DNA of 64,000 nucleotides from an uncultured delta proteobacterium (lineage in GTDB: Bacteria > Myxococcota_A > Polyangia > Polyangiales > B10-G4): assembly GCA_963727445.1 (NCBI GenBank), contig CAVSGI010000010.1, positions 896,001-960,000 on the forward strand. The letters are read 5' to 3'. The translations under genes were made by a program, and so were the position numbers. This document shows, one piece after another, positions 39,701-51,169 of this stretch (position 1 is the first letter of the stretch; each line of letters opens with the position of its first letter). The notes beneath the pieces were generated by a model that saw only the letters and a list, made by a program, of their open reading frames with translations, did not search any database and was not told the DNA's origin.

Positions 39701-40663
39701 ACGCCGCTTCTCCACCGCGTGGCGCAGGGCTTCGCCGTCCGTGACACCCTCGGCGAAGAGCACCGCCACCAGGCGCCGCTCGCCCACGGCGATGCTCGGC
39801 CGCGTCACCGGGAACTCCCCGGTGCCCGCCACCTCGTCGGGGTCCAGCTCGAGGAGCGCCCTCTTCAGCTTGTCGGCGCTCGACCAACGGAAGCGCGGGT
39901 TCTTCACCAGACAGCGCTCGATCACCACCGCCAGGGGCGGCGGCACCCGCGGCGCCACCGCGCGGAGCGGCGTCAGCTCCTCGCGGAGGATCGCCAGCAC
40001 CGTCTGCAGCATCCCCTGGTACTCGAAGGGCGTCTCGCCGGCGAGGCACTCGTACAACACCGCGCCGAGGCTCCAGATGTCGGTCCGATGATCGAGCTTC
40101 TGCGTGCCGCTCGCCTGCTCCGGCGACAGATACCAGGGCGTCCCGACCACCATCCCGGTCGTCGTGATGCGCTCCGGATCGGTGTCGAGGAGCGCGATCC
40201 CGAAGTCGAGGATCTTCACCGTGCCGTCGCGCGTGACGAAGAGGTTCTCCGGCTTGAGGTCGCGGTGGACGACGCCGGCCGCGTGGGCGACCTCGAGCCC
40301 CTGGCAGACCGCCACGCCGAGGTCGACGACGTCCTGGGGCGACATCGTTCCCTCCGAAAGGACGTCCGCCAGCGGGCGCCCCTCGAGGAGCTCGAGGACG
40401 AGGAAGGGCGTCCCTCGCTCGGTGCCGGCGTCGAGGACCTGCACGATGTTCGGGTGGTCGAGGCGGATCTTCGCTTCCTTCTCGAATCGCGCGATGGTCC
40501 CCGCCTTCTCGAGGCGGACGTCGAAGAGCTTGAGCGCGACGGCCAGGCCGTCATCCCGGGTGGCGCGGTAGACGCTGCCGGTCCCGCCGGAGGCGATGGC
40601 CTCCCCCAGGGTGTAGGCGCCGATCCGCTTCGGCGGGTTTTCGCTCGGGCGAGAGGCGCTCAT
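36755..40663 (-). CDS. Ser/Thr kinase - degenerate cyclase-like - STAND AAA ATPase - TPR protein
   Basis: HRDLKPEN, DFG and YLSPE; ERRLVAVLF; FVGR..E, GPTGIGKS, LEDIQW and GGNPLF; C-terminal TPRs. Confidence 0.9.
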   Translation of the reverse strand: MSASRPSENPPKRIGAYTLGEAIASGGTGSVYRATRDDGLAVALKLFDVRLEKAGTIARFEKEAKIRLDHPNIVQVLDAGTERGTPFLVLELLEGRPLADVLSEGTMSPQDVVDLGVAVCQGLEVAHAAGVVHRDLKPENLFVTRDGTVKILDFGIALLDTDPERITTTGMVVGTPWYLSPEQASGTQKLDHRTDIWSLGAVLYECLAGETPFEYQGMLQTVLAILREELTPLRAVAPRVPPPLAVVIERCLVKNPRFRWSSADKLKRALLELDPDEVAGTGEFPVTRPSIAVGERRLVAVLFAEGVTDGEALRHAVEKRRGQYLPLYAKRAVGLFGGEAWEGDELGRAVEAALEARDAVSSMVVAAGHATGHGAGISGEALAHAERGANLNAAGVVIDERSAKLLGEGFATYTLGNGFLEVGAPRRPTPIAPRAPVTERAGAYRDSLLPPVPDVVADALAPKLVEPAVAPPFVGRQMELAQIDHALREVFEGRRASAVMVVGPTGIGKSRLREEMQARLAEREESATVLFARGDTLGKSSAFSLMGAALRRHARIVTEGARIDPEAPIDERREAVRALTESAIADPLRIEETAPFLGELLAVDFGDAPGLAAARSDPRVMADRIRLAVRDFFAGLSAKGPLALALEDIQWSDDATLDVVEELVDYLRDTPFLVFLTARPWIDEARPEYLKSQGVLRIEPRPLLRADVAEMANALARRPLDDALIDRVTERCGGNPLFVEQTIAELLSRDFDQGTEKDLPLPLTVEAAVQSRLDHLPPLEKTLCRYASVLGRPFSVDELEELGVPDAAILLESLARRGIVSARAAERVGKARQYRFRVGIVGEVAYAMLARDQRAELHRRAAEVLEYLGEASPEELAVHFDKGGERGKAADKYAAAALEASRKGDVKGVEAWSEKALAFGVREGTRFELRMARANALTFRGLVPEALRELEDAMECAQSDREKARVHSERGHDYLVSGKSEEAIEELAWAVALGEKGRDAETVVRALLRRATVRVTRGELGAAEKDVVDAEHAAPSGSPLAGWVMELRGYLASTQGRFSEEEQFHRSALTLHENNGDLQRAARARANLADVYNKLCAFDEAAPALRRAIEDCQRVGNRVSEGWATLNLGITMTGVGSWEEAGQLLQAARSIGRDAPNVSLEASALLCLARLRLRRAQWSDAIAAAEAARELAEAHGLKARVAATFAVLSAASLARSDVKAAVDLAARGIALRDEVGGLDDGETELYLAHGRALAAAGRHDEARDAFERGRQIVADHTLGISSEAARDRFLAAPINRALMEAS

Positions 40664-40664
40664 C

Positions 40665-41684
40665 TCAGGATCGGAGGACAGCGAGGATCTCCTCCCGCCG
40701 GGTGGCGGGAAGCTTCGAGAACTCCTTCGAGGCGAGGAGCTCGTCGAGCTCCTCCTTCATGTCGAGCTGGAAGTAGCACTCGATCAGCGCTTCCACGACG
40801 TCGGGGGTGCGCTTGGCGCGTTTCAGGTAGAGGAGCGCGTCCTGGTGCTCGCCGAGGCGCGCGGTCGCGGGGCCGAGGATCTGCCAGGTGCGGTCCATCG
40901 TGAGCGGGCTCGGGTTGTCGAGGCTCCGGAGTTGATGGCAGAGGCGCGCCGCCTCGCGGTAGTCGCCAGCGGCGTAGGCCTTCTCGGCGTCGGCGACGAG
41001 CTTCTTCGCCATCTGAGAGACGGGGCGCACCGCGCCCGAGCTGATCTGACCGCGAAGAGCCTGAACGTTCCGCCACGCCGCGAAGGCGGCGAGGGCGAAG
41101 ACGAAGAGCGACTTGGTGAGGATGCCGAAGAGGAGCGCGGGCGCGAGGATGCCGAGCGAGACCCAGTGGGTGATCTTCTCGGCGGTGCGCGGCGTCAGGA
41201 ACTGGAGCAGCCCCAGCCGGAAGAGCTGGCCGCCATCGAGGGGCCAGAGCGGCAGCAGGTTCACCACCGACCAGATGATGTTGATGTAGAGGAGGATCCG
41301 GACCGCGTACGCCACGTTCCCCGCCATCACGGGGTCGGCGATCGGGGGAAGGAAGAGCGAGACCACCCAGACCAGCGCGCCCAGCAGGAGCCCCGCCCCG
41401 GGCCCGGCGACGACGATCAACGCGTCGTGTCGATCGCGGTCGGCGCGCTGATGAGAGCAAAGTCCACCCAGCCCCCAGAGCAGGATGCTCGGGCCGAGGC
41501 GATAGTGCCGCGCCACCACCGCGTGGCCCAGCTCGTGGATCAGGATACTGACCGTCACCCCGACGGCCCAGATGACGGCGGACGCGAGGTCCCCGCCCTG
41601 CAGCCAGAAGAGGAGCAGCAGGAGGTACCAGGGACTCACCGAGACCGGGATGTCCCCGATGCTGAAGACGCGAAAGCCAGACAC
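40665..41684 (-). CDS. Site-2 protease (M50) with C-terminal TPR
   Basis: HELGH, AGP and NLLPLWPLDGG motifs. Confidence 0.9.
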   Translation of the reverse strand: MSGFRVFSIGDIPVSVSPWYLLLLLFWLQGGDLASAVIWAVGVTVSILIHELGHAVVARHYRLGPSILLWGLGGLCSHQRADRDRHDALIVVAGPGAGLLLGALVWVVSLFLPPIADPVMAGNVAYAVRILLYINIIWSVVNLLPLWPLDGGQLFRLGLLQFLTPRTAEKITHWVSLGILAPALLFGILTKSLFVFALAAFAAWRNVQALRGQISSGAVRPVSQMAKKLVADAEKAYAAGDYREAARLCHQLRSLDNPSPLTMDRTWQILGPATARLGEHQDALLYLKRAKRTPDVVEALIECYFQLDMKEELDELLASKEFSKLPATRREEILAVLRS

Positions 41685-41748
41685 GATCGGCGCGCGAAAT
41701 GTAGCCGCTGCGGGGCGCAGGGGCTACGGCGCCTCACGAGAAAGGGCC

Positions 41749-42549
41749 TCAAAACACGAAGGGAATCAGCGCGCGCCGCTTCGAGGGGTAATCCGGGAAA
41801 CGTTCTCGGTACCAGCGGCGATGGGCGATCGCGCGCGGGGCGAGGTTCGCGAAGGTGTAGACCGCGAAAGCGAGGCCCGGCAGCGACCAGGTGAGGATCG
41901 CCCAGCCCGTCCACTCGAGGAGCTCACCGAGGTAGTTGGGCGACGTCACCAGATCGAAGAGGCCGCCGCGCGGCAGGACGTAGCCGTCGCTCTCGCGCCG
42001 GAGGCGCAGGAGCGTGTAGTCGGCGCGGAGGTTGATGGCCATCCCGATCGCGAAGATGAGCGCGCCCGCGACGAAGCGGGGATCGGCGAGCCAAGCGGCG
42101 TCGTAGTGGCCGAGCTGGGAGATCCACCGGGCGTTCGCCCAGCCGTTGAACACCTGGAAGAGGAAGCCGAGGGCGGCCGGGACCAACGGCATGGGCTTGG
42201 CCGTGTCGGGTAGGCGCATCGGAAAGACCAGGTCGCGGTGGATGTAGTGCGCCTGCCACAGGACGAGCATCGCGAGGGGGGCGGCCTCGAGCGCGTGGTC
42301 GCCCGCGAAGTAGACGGCGACGAAGAGGAAGACCGCCGGGGACTCCATGGCGATCCACGCGGCGCGCGCGCTCAGCGCCGGGCCCCACCCGGCCCGCGCG
42401 TGCCGGCCGTAGGGCGCGACGATGAAGAAGAGCGCCACGAAAGTCACGGCGGCGAGGCCGACGATCGCGTAGCAGACCAGCGAGTGGTAGGCGTCCAGCG
42501 CGTCCAAGGCCGCGCAGGGTACCGCGCTTTGTCGCCGGGTCACTCTCAT
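41749..42549 (-). CDS. 3-oxo-5-alpha-steroid 4-dehydrogenase (steroid 5-alpha-reductase) family protein
   Basis: APYGRH, AW..MESP, HY.HR, PRGGLF..V.SPNYLGE..EW and NL.PRA..H..WY...F..YP..RRALIPF motifs; start uncertain. Confidence 0.88.
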   Translation of the reverse strand: MRVTRRQSAVPCAALDALDAYHSLVCYAIVGLAAVTFVALFFIVAPYGRHARAGWGPALSARAAWIAMESPAVFLFVAVYFAGDHALEAAPLAMLVLWQAHYIHRDLVFPMRLPDTAKPMPLVPAALGFLFQVFNGWANARWISQLGHYDAAWLADPRFVAGALIFAIGMAINLRADYTLLRLRRESDGYVLPRGGLFDLVTSPNYLGELLEWTGWAILTWSLPGLAFAVYTFANLAPRAIAHRRWYRERFPDYPSKRRALIPFVF

Positions 42550-42563
42550 GCCATGAAGCGGGC

Positions 42564-43580
42564 GTGAGCGACGAGGCGCACGACGCTTTCGAGACCGAGG
42601 TCCTCGAGGTCCGACGAGACACCCCCGAACCCGACAGGATCGCCCGGGCCGCGGCGGTGCTCCGCGAAGGCGGCGTGGTCGCGATCCCCACCGAGACGGT
42701 CTATGGCCTCGCAGCCCTCGCCCTCGACGCTGGCGCCGTCGCGAAGATCTTCGCGGCGAAGGGACGACCCGCCGACAACCCGCTCATCGTCCACGTCGAG
42801 GGCGCCGCGCAGGCGCGCGAGGTCGTCCGCACCTGGCCCGCGGCCGCCGAGGCCCTCGCCGCGCGCTTCTGGCCCGGGCCGCTGACGGTGGTGCTGCCGC
42901 GGCGCCCCGAGGTCCCGGACATCGTGACCGCGGGCCTCGACACCGTGGCCGTGCGCGCCCCCGCCCATCCCGTCGCGCGCGCGCTGATCCGCGAGGTCGG
43001 CCCGCTCGCGGCGCCGAGCGCCAACCGTTCGAATCGCATCTCACCCACCACCGCGGCGCACGTGCTCGCGACCCTCGGCGGACGCATTCCCGTCATCCTC
43101 GACGGCGGCCCCACCGACGTCGGCATCGAGTCGACGGTGCTGTCCCTCGCGGGGGAGGTGGCGGTGCTGCTCCGGCCCGGAGGCATCGGGCTCGAAGCGA
43201 TTCGGGCGGTGATCGGCCCGGTGGAGCCGCTGGCCGCCGACGAGGCGAGCGCCGGGCCCCGCACGAGCCCAGGTCAGATGGCCCGCCACTACTCGCCCGA
43301 CGCCGAGCTGATCCTCGTCCCCCACGGCGACGCGAACGCGCTTCGTGAGGCCCTCGCCGGCGCCGAGCGCACCGGTGCGCTGGTTCACACACTCACGAAG
43401 GTGCCCGCGTCGACGCCCTCTGAGCGCCTCGCCGACGAGCCCGCCGCCTTTGCGCGTGAGCTCTACGCGGCGCTCCACCGCCTCGACGAGCGCTGCGATC
43501 GCATCGTGGTCGAAGCGGTGCCGGACGACGAAGCGTGGCGGGCCGTCGCCGACCGCCTCCGGCGAGCGAGCCACCGATGA
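42564..43580 (+). CDS. sua5: L-threonylcarbamoyladenylate synthase (Sua5 type)
   Basis: PTETVYGL, KGRPADNPLIVH, FWPGPLT, AAPSAN, SPGQ..RHYSP and C-terminal SUA5 domain. Confidence 0.95.
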   Translation: MSDEAHDAFETEVLEVRRDTPEPDRIARAAAVLREGGVVAIPTETVYGLAALALDAGAVAKIFAAKGRPADNPLIVHVEGAAQAREVVRTWPAAAEALAARFWPGPLTVVLPRRPEVPDIVTAGLDTVAVRAPAHPVARALIREVGPLAAPSANRSNRISPTTAAHVLATLGGRIPVILDGGPTDVGIESTVLSLAGEVAVLLRPGGIGLEAIRAVIGPVEPLAADEASAGPRTSPGQMARHYSPDAELILVPHGDANALREALAGAERTGALVHTLTKVPASTPSERLADEPAAFARELYAALHRLDERCDRIVVEAVPDDEAWRAVADRLRRASHR

Positions 43581-44071
43581 GCGACGACCGGGAGCGCCGC
43601 CTGATGGTGATGCGCCACGCGAAGAGCTCGTGGAAGAGCGATGCGGCCAGCGATCACGCGCGGCCGCTCAACAAGCGCGGCCGCCGGGATGCCCCGCGCA
43701 TCGCGGCGCGCCTGGTCGAGCTGGGGTGGGAACCCGAGCTGGTCGTCGCCTCGACCAGCGAGCGGACCCGCGAGACTTGGCGGCGGATGGCCGACCGATT
43801 TCCACGGGCCCGTGCGGAGTACACCGAAGACCTCTATCTCTGCGACGCCGACGACGCGCGCGCGGTGATCGCCACGCTCCCCGACGCGGTTGGTACGACC
43901 CTCCTGCTCGGCCACAACCCTGGCTTCGAGGACCTGGTGGAAGAGCTCGCGGGCCAGTGGCAGCGGATGACCACCGCGAACGTCGCCCTTTTCAGGGGTT
44001 GGGGGAGCACCTGGGCCGAGGCCCTCGGCGGACTTCAGCTGGAAAGCCTCCTCCGTCCGAAAGAGCTCTGA
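43577..44071 (+). CDS. SixA-like histidine phosphatase
   Basis: MRHAKS, DHARPL..RG, S...RT.ET and GHNP motifs; ATGA overlap. Confidence 0.9.
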   Translation: MSDDRERRLMVMRHAKSSWKSDAASDHARPLNKRGRRDAPRIAARLVELGWEPELVVASTSERTRETWRRMADRFPRARAEYTEDLYLCDADDARAVIATLPDAVGTTLLLGHNPGFEDLVEELAGQWQRMTTANVALFRGWGSTWAEALGGLQLESLLRPKEL

Positions 44072-44133
44072 CAACTTGCGGACCCCGCCGAATTCCCCGC
44101 ATCATATCGGTAGTTTTTGAGGGATTTGGACAA

Positions 44134-44898
44134 TTGAGTCACGCATCTGAGCATCCGACGCCCGCCGTGGGCCTCGAACGACGTCCCTCGATTCGTACGC
44201 TGACAGCGGCCGAGTTGCCGAGCGTCTTTCAGCCGATCGTCGATCTGAACGACGGCGGGGTCTTCGCCTACGAGGCCCTCGTGCGCTGTCGTCACGAAGC
44301 CTTCGCGAGCCCCATCGGTCTCTTCGAGCACGCGGTGAAGGAGGGCAGCTGCGGGTCTCTCGGCCGAACGATTCGCAACGGGATCTTCGCCGACCCGCCC
44401 TCGACCCCCCTCTTCATCAACCTCCACCCCCACGAGCTTCGTGATCGCTGGTTGGTTCAGCCCGACGATCCGATCTGTTTCCACGATCATCCGGTCTACC
44501 TCGAGGTCACCGAGTCGGCGACCCTCGACTACTACGACCTCTGCGTCAGCGTGCTGAAAGAAGTGTGTGCGCGCACCGGCGCCTTGTTGGTCGTGGACGA
44601 TCTCGGCGCCGGCTATTCCAACCTCATTCGCGTGGTCGACCTGGAACCGAAGATCGTGAAGCTCGATCGCGCACTGGTCACCGGCCTCGACCAGAGCCGC
44701 CGCAAGCAGGTGCTCGTCAAGCACCTGGTCAACCTCTGCGAAGGCCTCGGAGCGCGCGTCGTCGGCGAAGGCGTCGAGACGGTGGAGGAGCTTCAAGCGC
44801 TTCGCGACACGGGCGTTCATTTCGGCCAGGGCTACTTCCTGGCGCGCCCCAACGCCCCGCCCCCCCACGTGCGATGGCCCTTCGAGGGGGGCGCTTAG
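44134..44898 (+). CDS. Stand-alone EAL-domain c-di-GMP phosphodiesterase
   Basis: FQPIV, YEALVR, FINL, EVTE, DDLGAGYS, KLDR, EGVET and QGY all present; start uncertain. Confidence 0.88.
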   Translation: MSHASEHPTPAVGLERRPSIRTLTAAELPSVFQPIVDLNDGGVFAYEALVRCRHEAFASPIGLFEHAVKEGSCGSLGRTIRNGIFADPPSTPLFINLHPHELRDRWLVQPDDPICFHDHPVYLEVTESATLDYYDLCVSVLKEVCARTGALLVVDDLGAGYSNLIRVVDLEPKIVKLDRALVTGLDQSRRKQVLVKHLVNLCEGLGARVVGEGVETVEELQALRDTGVHFGQGYFLARPNAPPPHVRWPFEGGA

Positions 44899-44909
44899 AA
44901 GCGAGAGCG

Positions 44910-45890
44910 ATGGGACGACGACGGCCTCAAGAGACGCGCGAGATCAGCATCGATTCGCTCGACGACATCGACGAGGGGACCGATCCGCCCACGCAGGTCA
45001 CGAACCTCAACGAGCTCATGGCGGTCGCGAACCAGGAGGACAACTGGACGCTGACCATCCTCAACGGCTCGGCGGCCGGGCTGGTGGTTCCCGTCGAGGA
45101 GGGGCCGGTGGTCGTGGGACGCGGCAGCGAGTGCCAGACGCGCATCCTCGACCAGGGTCTGTCGCGCAAGCACGGCACCTTCTACATGCGGGGTGGGGAC
45201 CTGTTCTTCCGAGACCTCGACAGCACCAACGGCTCGTTTGTCGAGGGGAAACAGGTCAAAGGCGAGATTCGGGTCGAGGACGGCAATCGGCTCCAGCTCG
45301 GGCGCACCTTGATCCGCGCACACCTCCGGAGCCCCAACGAGGTCGAGGCGGTTCGAAAGCTCTACGAGACCTCGGTGCGGGACGCCCTCACCGGGCTCTA
45401 CAACCGCCGTCATCTCGACGAGCGGATGGAGAGCGAGTTCGCCTACGCGGTGCGCCACCGCCAGGCCCTGTCCCTGCTGGTCCTCGACATCGACCACTTC
45501 AAGAAGGTGAACGACACCTACGGACACGCCGCCGGCGACGCAGTGCTCAGGGCGGTCTCTGGCTTCGTGGTCTCCGCCGTGCGCACCGAGGACGTGGTCG
45601 GCCGGTACGGAGGTGAGGAGATCGTGATCCTGCTTCGCGGCATCGGCGCATCGGGTGCGGAGATCCTGGCCCAGCGGATCCGCGCGGGCATCGAGAAGTC
45701 GCCGGTGGAGTACGAGGGTCAGATCATCGGGGTCACCGCCAGCATCGGCGTCGCGAGCTGGGAGCCGACCCAGCCGCGCGAGAGCGCGCAGGCGCTCTTC
45801 AACGCGGCCGACGAGTGCCTCTACCGGGCCAAGCGCTCCGGTCGCAACCTGGTCATCGCCGACGCGTCGCCGCGCTCGGCGCCGCCGTAG
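44910..45890 (+). CDS. FHA-GGDEF diguanylate cyclase
   Basis: FHA GR...SRKH...STNG; DALTGLYNR, DIDHFK.VND.YGH, RxxD I-site and RYGGEE. Confidence 0.92.
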   Translation: MGRRRPQETREISIDSLDDIDEGTDPPTQVTNLNELMAVANQEDNWTLTILNGSAAGLVVPVEEGPVVVGRGSECQTRILDQGLSRKHGTFYMRGGDLFFRDLDSTNGSFVEGKQVKGEIRVEDGNRLQLGRTLIRAHLRSPNEVEAVRKLYETSVRDALTGLYNRRHLDERMESEFAYAVRHRQALSLLVLDIDHFKKVNDTYGHAAGDAVLRAVSGFVVSAVRTEDVVGRYGGEEIVILLRGIGASGAEILAQRIRAGIEKSPVEYEGQIIGVTASIGVASWEPTQPRESAQALFNAADECLYRAKRSGRNLVIADASPRSAPP

Positions 45891-45964
45891 GATCCCGTTC
45901 CTGGACCTGTTCCTGATCCGGAACAGGCCCAGGCCCAGCCCGAGTCCTCGCTCCCAGCCCTGGC

Positions 45965-47673
45965 TCAGAAGCGGAACTGAGCTTCGAGGCGCAGCTCGCG
46001 CTCGAGGATGTTGTCCTGGGGGCGGTCGGGGTTCTGCTCGTACTGGGTCTCGCGGAACATCACTGACAGAAGGCCGATGTTGCGGAACCAGTACCAGTGC
46101 AGGGCGACGCGCCACTGGAACTGGTCGAGGGGGCGGTTGAACGCGGAGCTGAAGCTCGGCATCGCGTCGCCTGGCCCGGGCTGGAAGTTCTGCGCGAAGT
46201 AGTAGCCGATGTCTCCGGCCAGCATCAGCCAGCGCGGGATCAGCAGGATCGAGGTCTGCGCGTAGAGCGCCGTCTGCCAGGCGCCCCCGTAGTCGATGAC
46301 GTACTTCGTGTACATCTCGCCGCGCAGCAGGAAGCGCGAGACCTGGAAGAAGAACTGGGTGTTGATCGACGGATAGCGCTCCGCCGCGCGCTGGTCGTAC
46401 TTGCCGCCTGCGAGGATGGCCAGCGTCAGTGGGACGGGCGTGTAGAGGAAGGGTGTGTCGAAGCGGCTGTAGGAGCCGATGATGTTGGCGTGGAGCTGAC
46501 CACCCGCGGCCCACGCGACGTTCCGCGTGTCGTCCCGGAAGAAGGCGCCGCCGACGTTGCCGTTGAAGAAGCCCGAGCCACCGGCGCCGAAGACGCGGTA
46601 GCGGAGGAAGTTGCCGAGGATCGGGCCCCCGATCTCGACGGCCGCTCCGTTGTTCTGCTCGAAACCGTTGACCAGCAGGTACGGCCGATCGAGGAGCGGC
46701 TGTTTGGAGGTGCTGACGATGAGCGCGCTCGAGAGGTTACCCGAGCCGGAGTTGACGTTGATGTAGTGGCCGGTGTCTCCGATGGGCACCTGAAAGACCA
46801 TGAACGTCAGCCGCGGTGAGTTCTCGAGCCGCATGTTGAGCAGGAAGAAGCTGTTGTTGATGAACGGCAGCGAGCCGAGGGCGCGGACCTGGACGCGCCG
46901 GAAGCGGATGTCGCCGTACTGGTCGCTGTTGGGGACGGTCCCACCCGCGGGCAGGGCGTTCTGCTCGTAGTCGTAGCTGGCGCTCACGCCCGTCACCACC
47001 GAGAAGCGAAAGCCGGGGTCGCCCTGGCAGACCGTGACCTGCGGGTCGAAACGGCAGCCGAAGTCGGCGCAGTCAGTCCGTCCGTCACCGTCGTTGTCGA
47101 TGCCGTCCGAGCAGAGGTAGTCGTTGCGCTCTCCGTCCGCGTCGCCGAAGTTGCCGATCAGGTCCTCGACGGTCATGTCGCCGGTGAGCTCGGGAATGTC
47201 CATCTCCCCGTCCTCTGCGCCGCCGCCGTTGGCGCTTCGATTACTGCCCTCGTAGCTGCCCTGACAGACGGTGATCCCGGGGCCGCTGCACTCGGAGTCG
47301 TCGCAGTCGACGGCGCCGTCGCCGTCGTTGTCGATCCAGTCGCTGCAGCGGTCGTTGCTGCGCTCGGCGTTGCCCCCGGCCTCACACACCGGATTGCTGA
47401 AGCAGTCCGCGTCGGCGCAGTCGGGCAGCCCGTCCCCATCGTCGTCTCGGCGGTCGTCGCAGACCGTCTCGTGGGTCGGCGCCGGATCCCCCAGCGGTGG
47501 AGCGTCCACCTCGTCCGCCCCCGACTCGGGCGGCGTATCGCCCTCGGGTGGCGGGGTGGTCTCACCGCCGGAATCGCCTTCTTGGGGCTCCCCCTCGGGC
47601 GGCTGAGCTACGGCGGTCGTCGTGAGCAAAAGGCCGCCGATGATCATCATGGCGGCGTTCGCTGTCGATTTCG

Positions 47674-47677
<4 letters not shown>
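45965..47677 (-). CDS. Outer-membrane beta-barrel (OprO/P-like porin) with N-terminal Cys/Asp Ca-binding-type repeats
   Basis: Signal peptide; three CxDxxDNDGDGxxDCxDxxC repeats; amphipathic beta strands starting FRRVQVR; C-terminal RLEAQFRF BAM signal. Confidence 0.7.
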
Positions 47678-49245
<1,568 letters not shown>

Positions 49246-49266
49246 GCTCGAGACTCCTGCTTCCCC

Positions 49267-50325
49267 TCAGTTTCCTCTTGGCGGCATGGATCCGTGCCCG
49301 CGAAGACACGAAGCCCGATTGCGCCCATAGCGGCGCGGAAAAGCAGCGTAGAGAGCGCAGGCGCCTCGGCGCACCTCGCGCCCGCCCAGAAAGCCCGAAT
49401 TCATCGCCCTTTCCAGGCGCTCTCGGAGAAGACCGGCGAGCGCAGGGTCGATCTCGATCGAATAAGCCGCTTCGGTGTCGGCCTTCTCCTCCTCCTCGCT
49501 GAGCCACGCGGGCAGCTCGGAGCGCCGCACCCAACGCGAGACGATCTCCACCACCAGGAGGTTGGGGATCGGAGCGAGGAGGGGCGCGACCTCGGGGTCT
49601 TCGCGGAGCTGGAGCGCGTACGAACGTACCTTCTCGGGGTCGGCGACCACCTCCTGGTAACAGACCCACTCGCACTCACCGTAGTTGTCGCCGTGCTCCC
49701 ACTTCTCGGTGTGCCCGTCGCGGGTGGAGACGAGGCGGTTGTACGAGGGGTCGGTGCGCTCGGGATCTTCGTCGTTCGAGTGGAGCGAGGTCACGACGAA
49801 CTCCGGCACGCCGTGCGCCCACATGCCGCGGCGCTCCTGGATCGCTTCCTGTTGCGCGCGGAGGTATTCCGGACGCGACGGGATGTCGGTCACGTTCATC
49901 GCGTGCGCGAAGCCGTTCTGGATCTGACTCACCGCGAGGTCGGGACAGTCGAGGAGCACGCGGCCGTAGGTGTCCAGATCACCGTCGGTGTTGCAGTGCC
50001 ACGTGCCGTGCTTGGCGTGATTGGTGGCCTGCTTTGCGTTCACGAAGAGCTCGAATGGATGAAAGCTGCCCCACTGATGGACCGGGCCGAAGCTCTCGAG
50101 CGTGTTGAAGCCTCCGAGTCGACACTGCCTGTTGTCGTACTCGCCCCCGTAGATGCGGAAGCTGTCACCATCGTTGAACGCAACCGGCACCATACGGCCA
50201 TTGAGGAAGACGCGCGTGTACGCTGCCGCCTCGACTACCGACGGGAGGACGGAAGAGAGCAGATGAACGGAAAGGAGCGCGGCGGAGATGATCGCCACGA
50301 GTGTGAGCCGTCTTCTCGTACGCAA
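49267..50325 (-). CDS. Secreted thermonuclease (SNase-like) family protein with C-terminal extension
   Basis: Signal peptide; NDGDSF, RL.G.NT.E, DTYGRVL, GFA and Q.EA..ERRGMW motifs; GAGGAAGG RBS. Confidence 0.8.
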   Translation of the reverse strand: MRTRRRLTLVAIISAALLSVHLLSSVLPSVVEAAAYTRVFLNGRMVPVAFNDGDSFRIYGGEYDNRQCRLGGFNTLESFGPVHQWGSFHPFELFVNAKQATNHAKHGTWHCNTDGDLDTYGRVLLDCPDLAVSQIQNGFAHAMNVTDIPSRPEYLRAQQEAIQERRGMWAHGVPEFVVTSLHSNDEDPERTDPSYNRLVSTRDGHTEKWEHGDNYGECEWVCYQEVVADPEKVRSYALQLREDPEVAPLLAPIPNLLVVEIVSRWVRRSELPAWLSEEEEKADTEAAYSIEIDPALAGLLRERLERAMNSGFLGGREVRRGACALYAAFPRRYGRNRASCLRGHGSMPPRGN

Positions 50326-50375
50326 GCTCTAATTACCTTCCTCTTTTCGCGGATTCGCATGTGGGCGCCGCATTG

Positions 50376-51122
50376 TCAACGCGGTCGATCGAACACCCGC
50401 CAGCCGTCGGAGGTGAGGCGCTCGTGGGGCAGGAAACGCCCCTTGTAATTCATGTGTGGATTGTCGGCGATGTAGAGGCCGAGATAGAGATGGCGAGAGC
50501 CCCACTCGCGCCCTTTCTCCAGCTGTTTCAGGATGGAGTAGGTCCCGAGCGAGAGCTTCGCGTGGTCCGGGTCGAAGAAGCAGTAGACGGCCGACAAGCT
50601 CTCGTCTCCCCGATCGGTGACGGCGATGCCCACCAGCTCGTCATCCAGGAAGTACCGGAATTCCACGCTCTCGAGACAACGATCGACCAGGAAGCCGAAG
50701 TAGCCTTTCTCGTCGAGAGGCTTGCCGCTGCCGACGATGAGATCGCGACCGCGCTTGTGCTTCTCGTAGAGCGCGAGCCGGCGCGCGTCGACGACAGGGC
50801 GACCGATCTCCGTCCGGATCAGCGCGTCGTTCCGACGCTTCGTTCGGGCCTGCGTCCGCGACGGACGAAACGTTTCGACGTCGAGCCGAATCGCTTCGCA
50901 GGCGCAACAGGTCGGACACGTCGGCCGATAGAGCAACCGGCCGTGTCGTCGATCGCCACTCGCGAAATGCTCGTCCGTCTCCTCCGGGGTCAGCGCGCGC
51001 ACCGGAAGCCTGAGCGGCATGCGCGCCGTCTCACCGGGCCGGTAGGGGCACGGCTCGGGCTCGTCGAGGACGAGCACCTCGTCGGGCATCCCGGTCAGCA
51101 CGGTGAGTCTCACGACTCTCAT
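50376..51122 (-). CDS. Arginyl/aminoacyl-tRNA--protein transferase (Ate/Bpt)
   Basis: CPY.PG, G.RR.G..YRP.C..C.AC, LSAVYCFFDP, SLGTYSIL, YLGLYI and M.YK.RF motifs; start uncertain (51161, 51122 or 51089). Confidence 0.92.
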   Translation of the reverse strand: MRVVRLTVLTGMPDEVLVLDEPEPCPYRPGETARMPLRLPVRALTPEETDEHFASGDRRHGRLLYRPTCPTCCACEAIRLDVETFRPSRTQARTKRRNDALIRTEIGRPVVDARRLALYEKHKRGRDLIVGSGKPLDEKGYFGFLVDRCLESVEFRYFLDDELVGIAVTDRGDESLSAVYCFFDPDHAKLSLGTYSILKQLEKGREWGSRHLYLGLYIADNPHMNYKGRFLPHERLTSDGWRVFDRPR

Positions 51123-51169
51123 CTTGTACCGAAAACGCGCGACTTTCGAGTGCGGTATCATCAGAGGCA

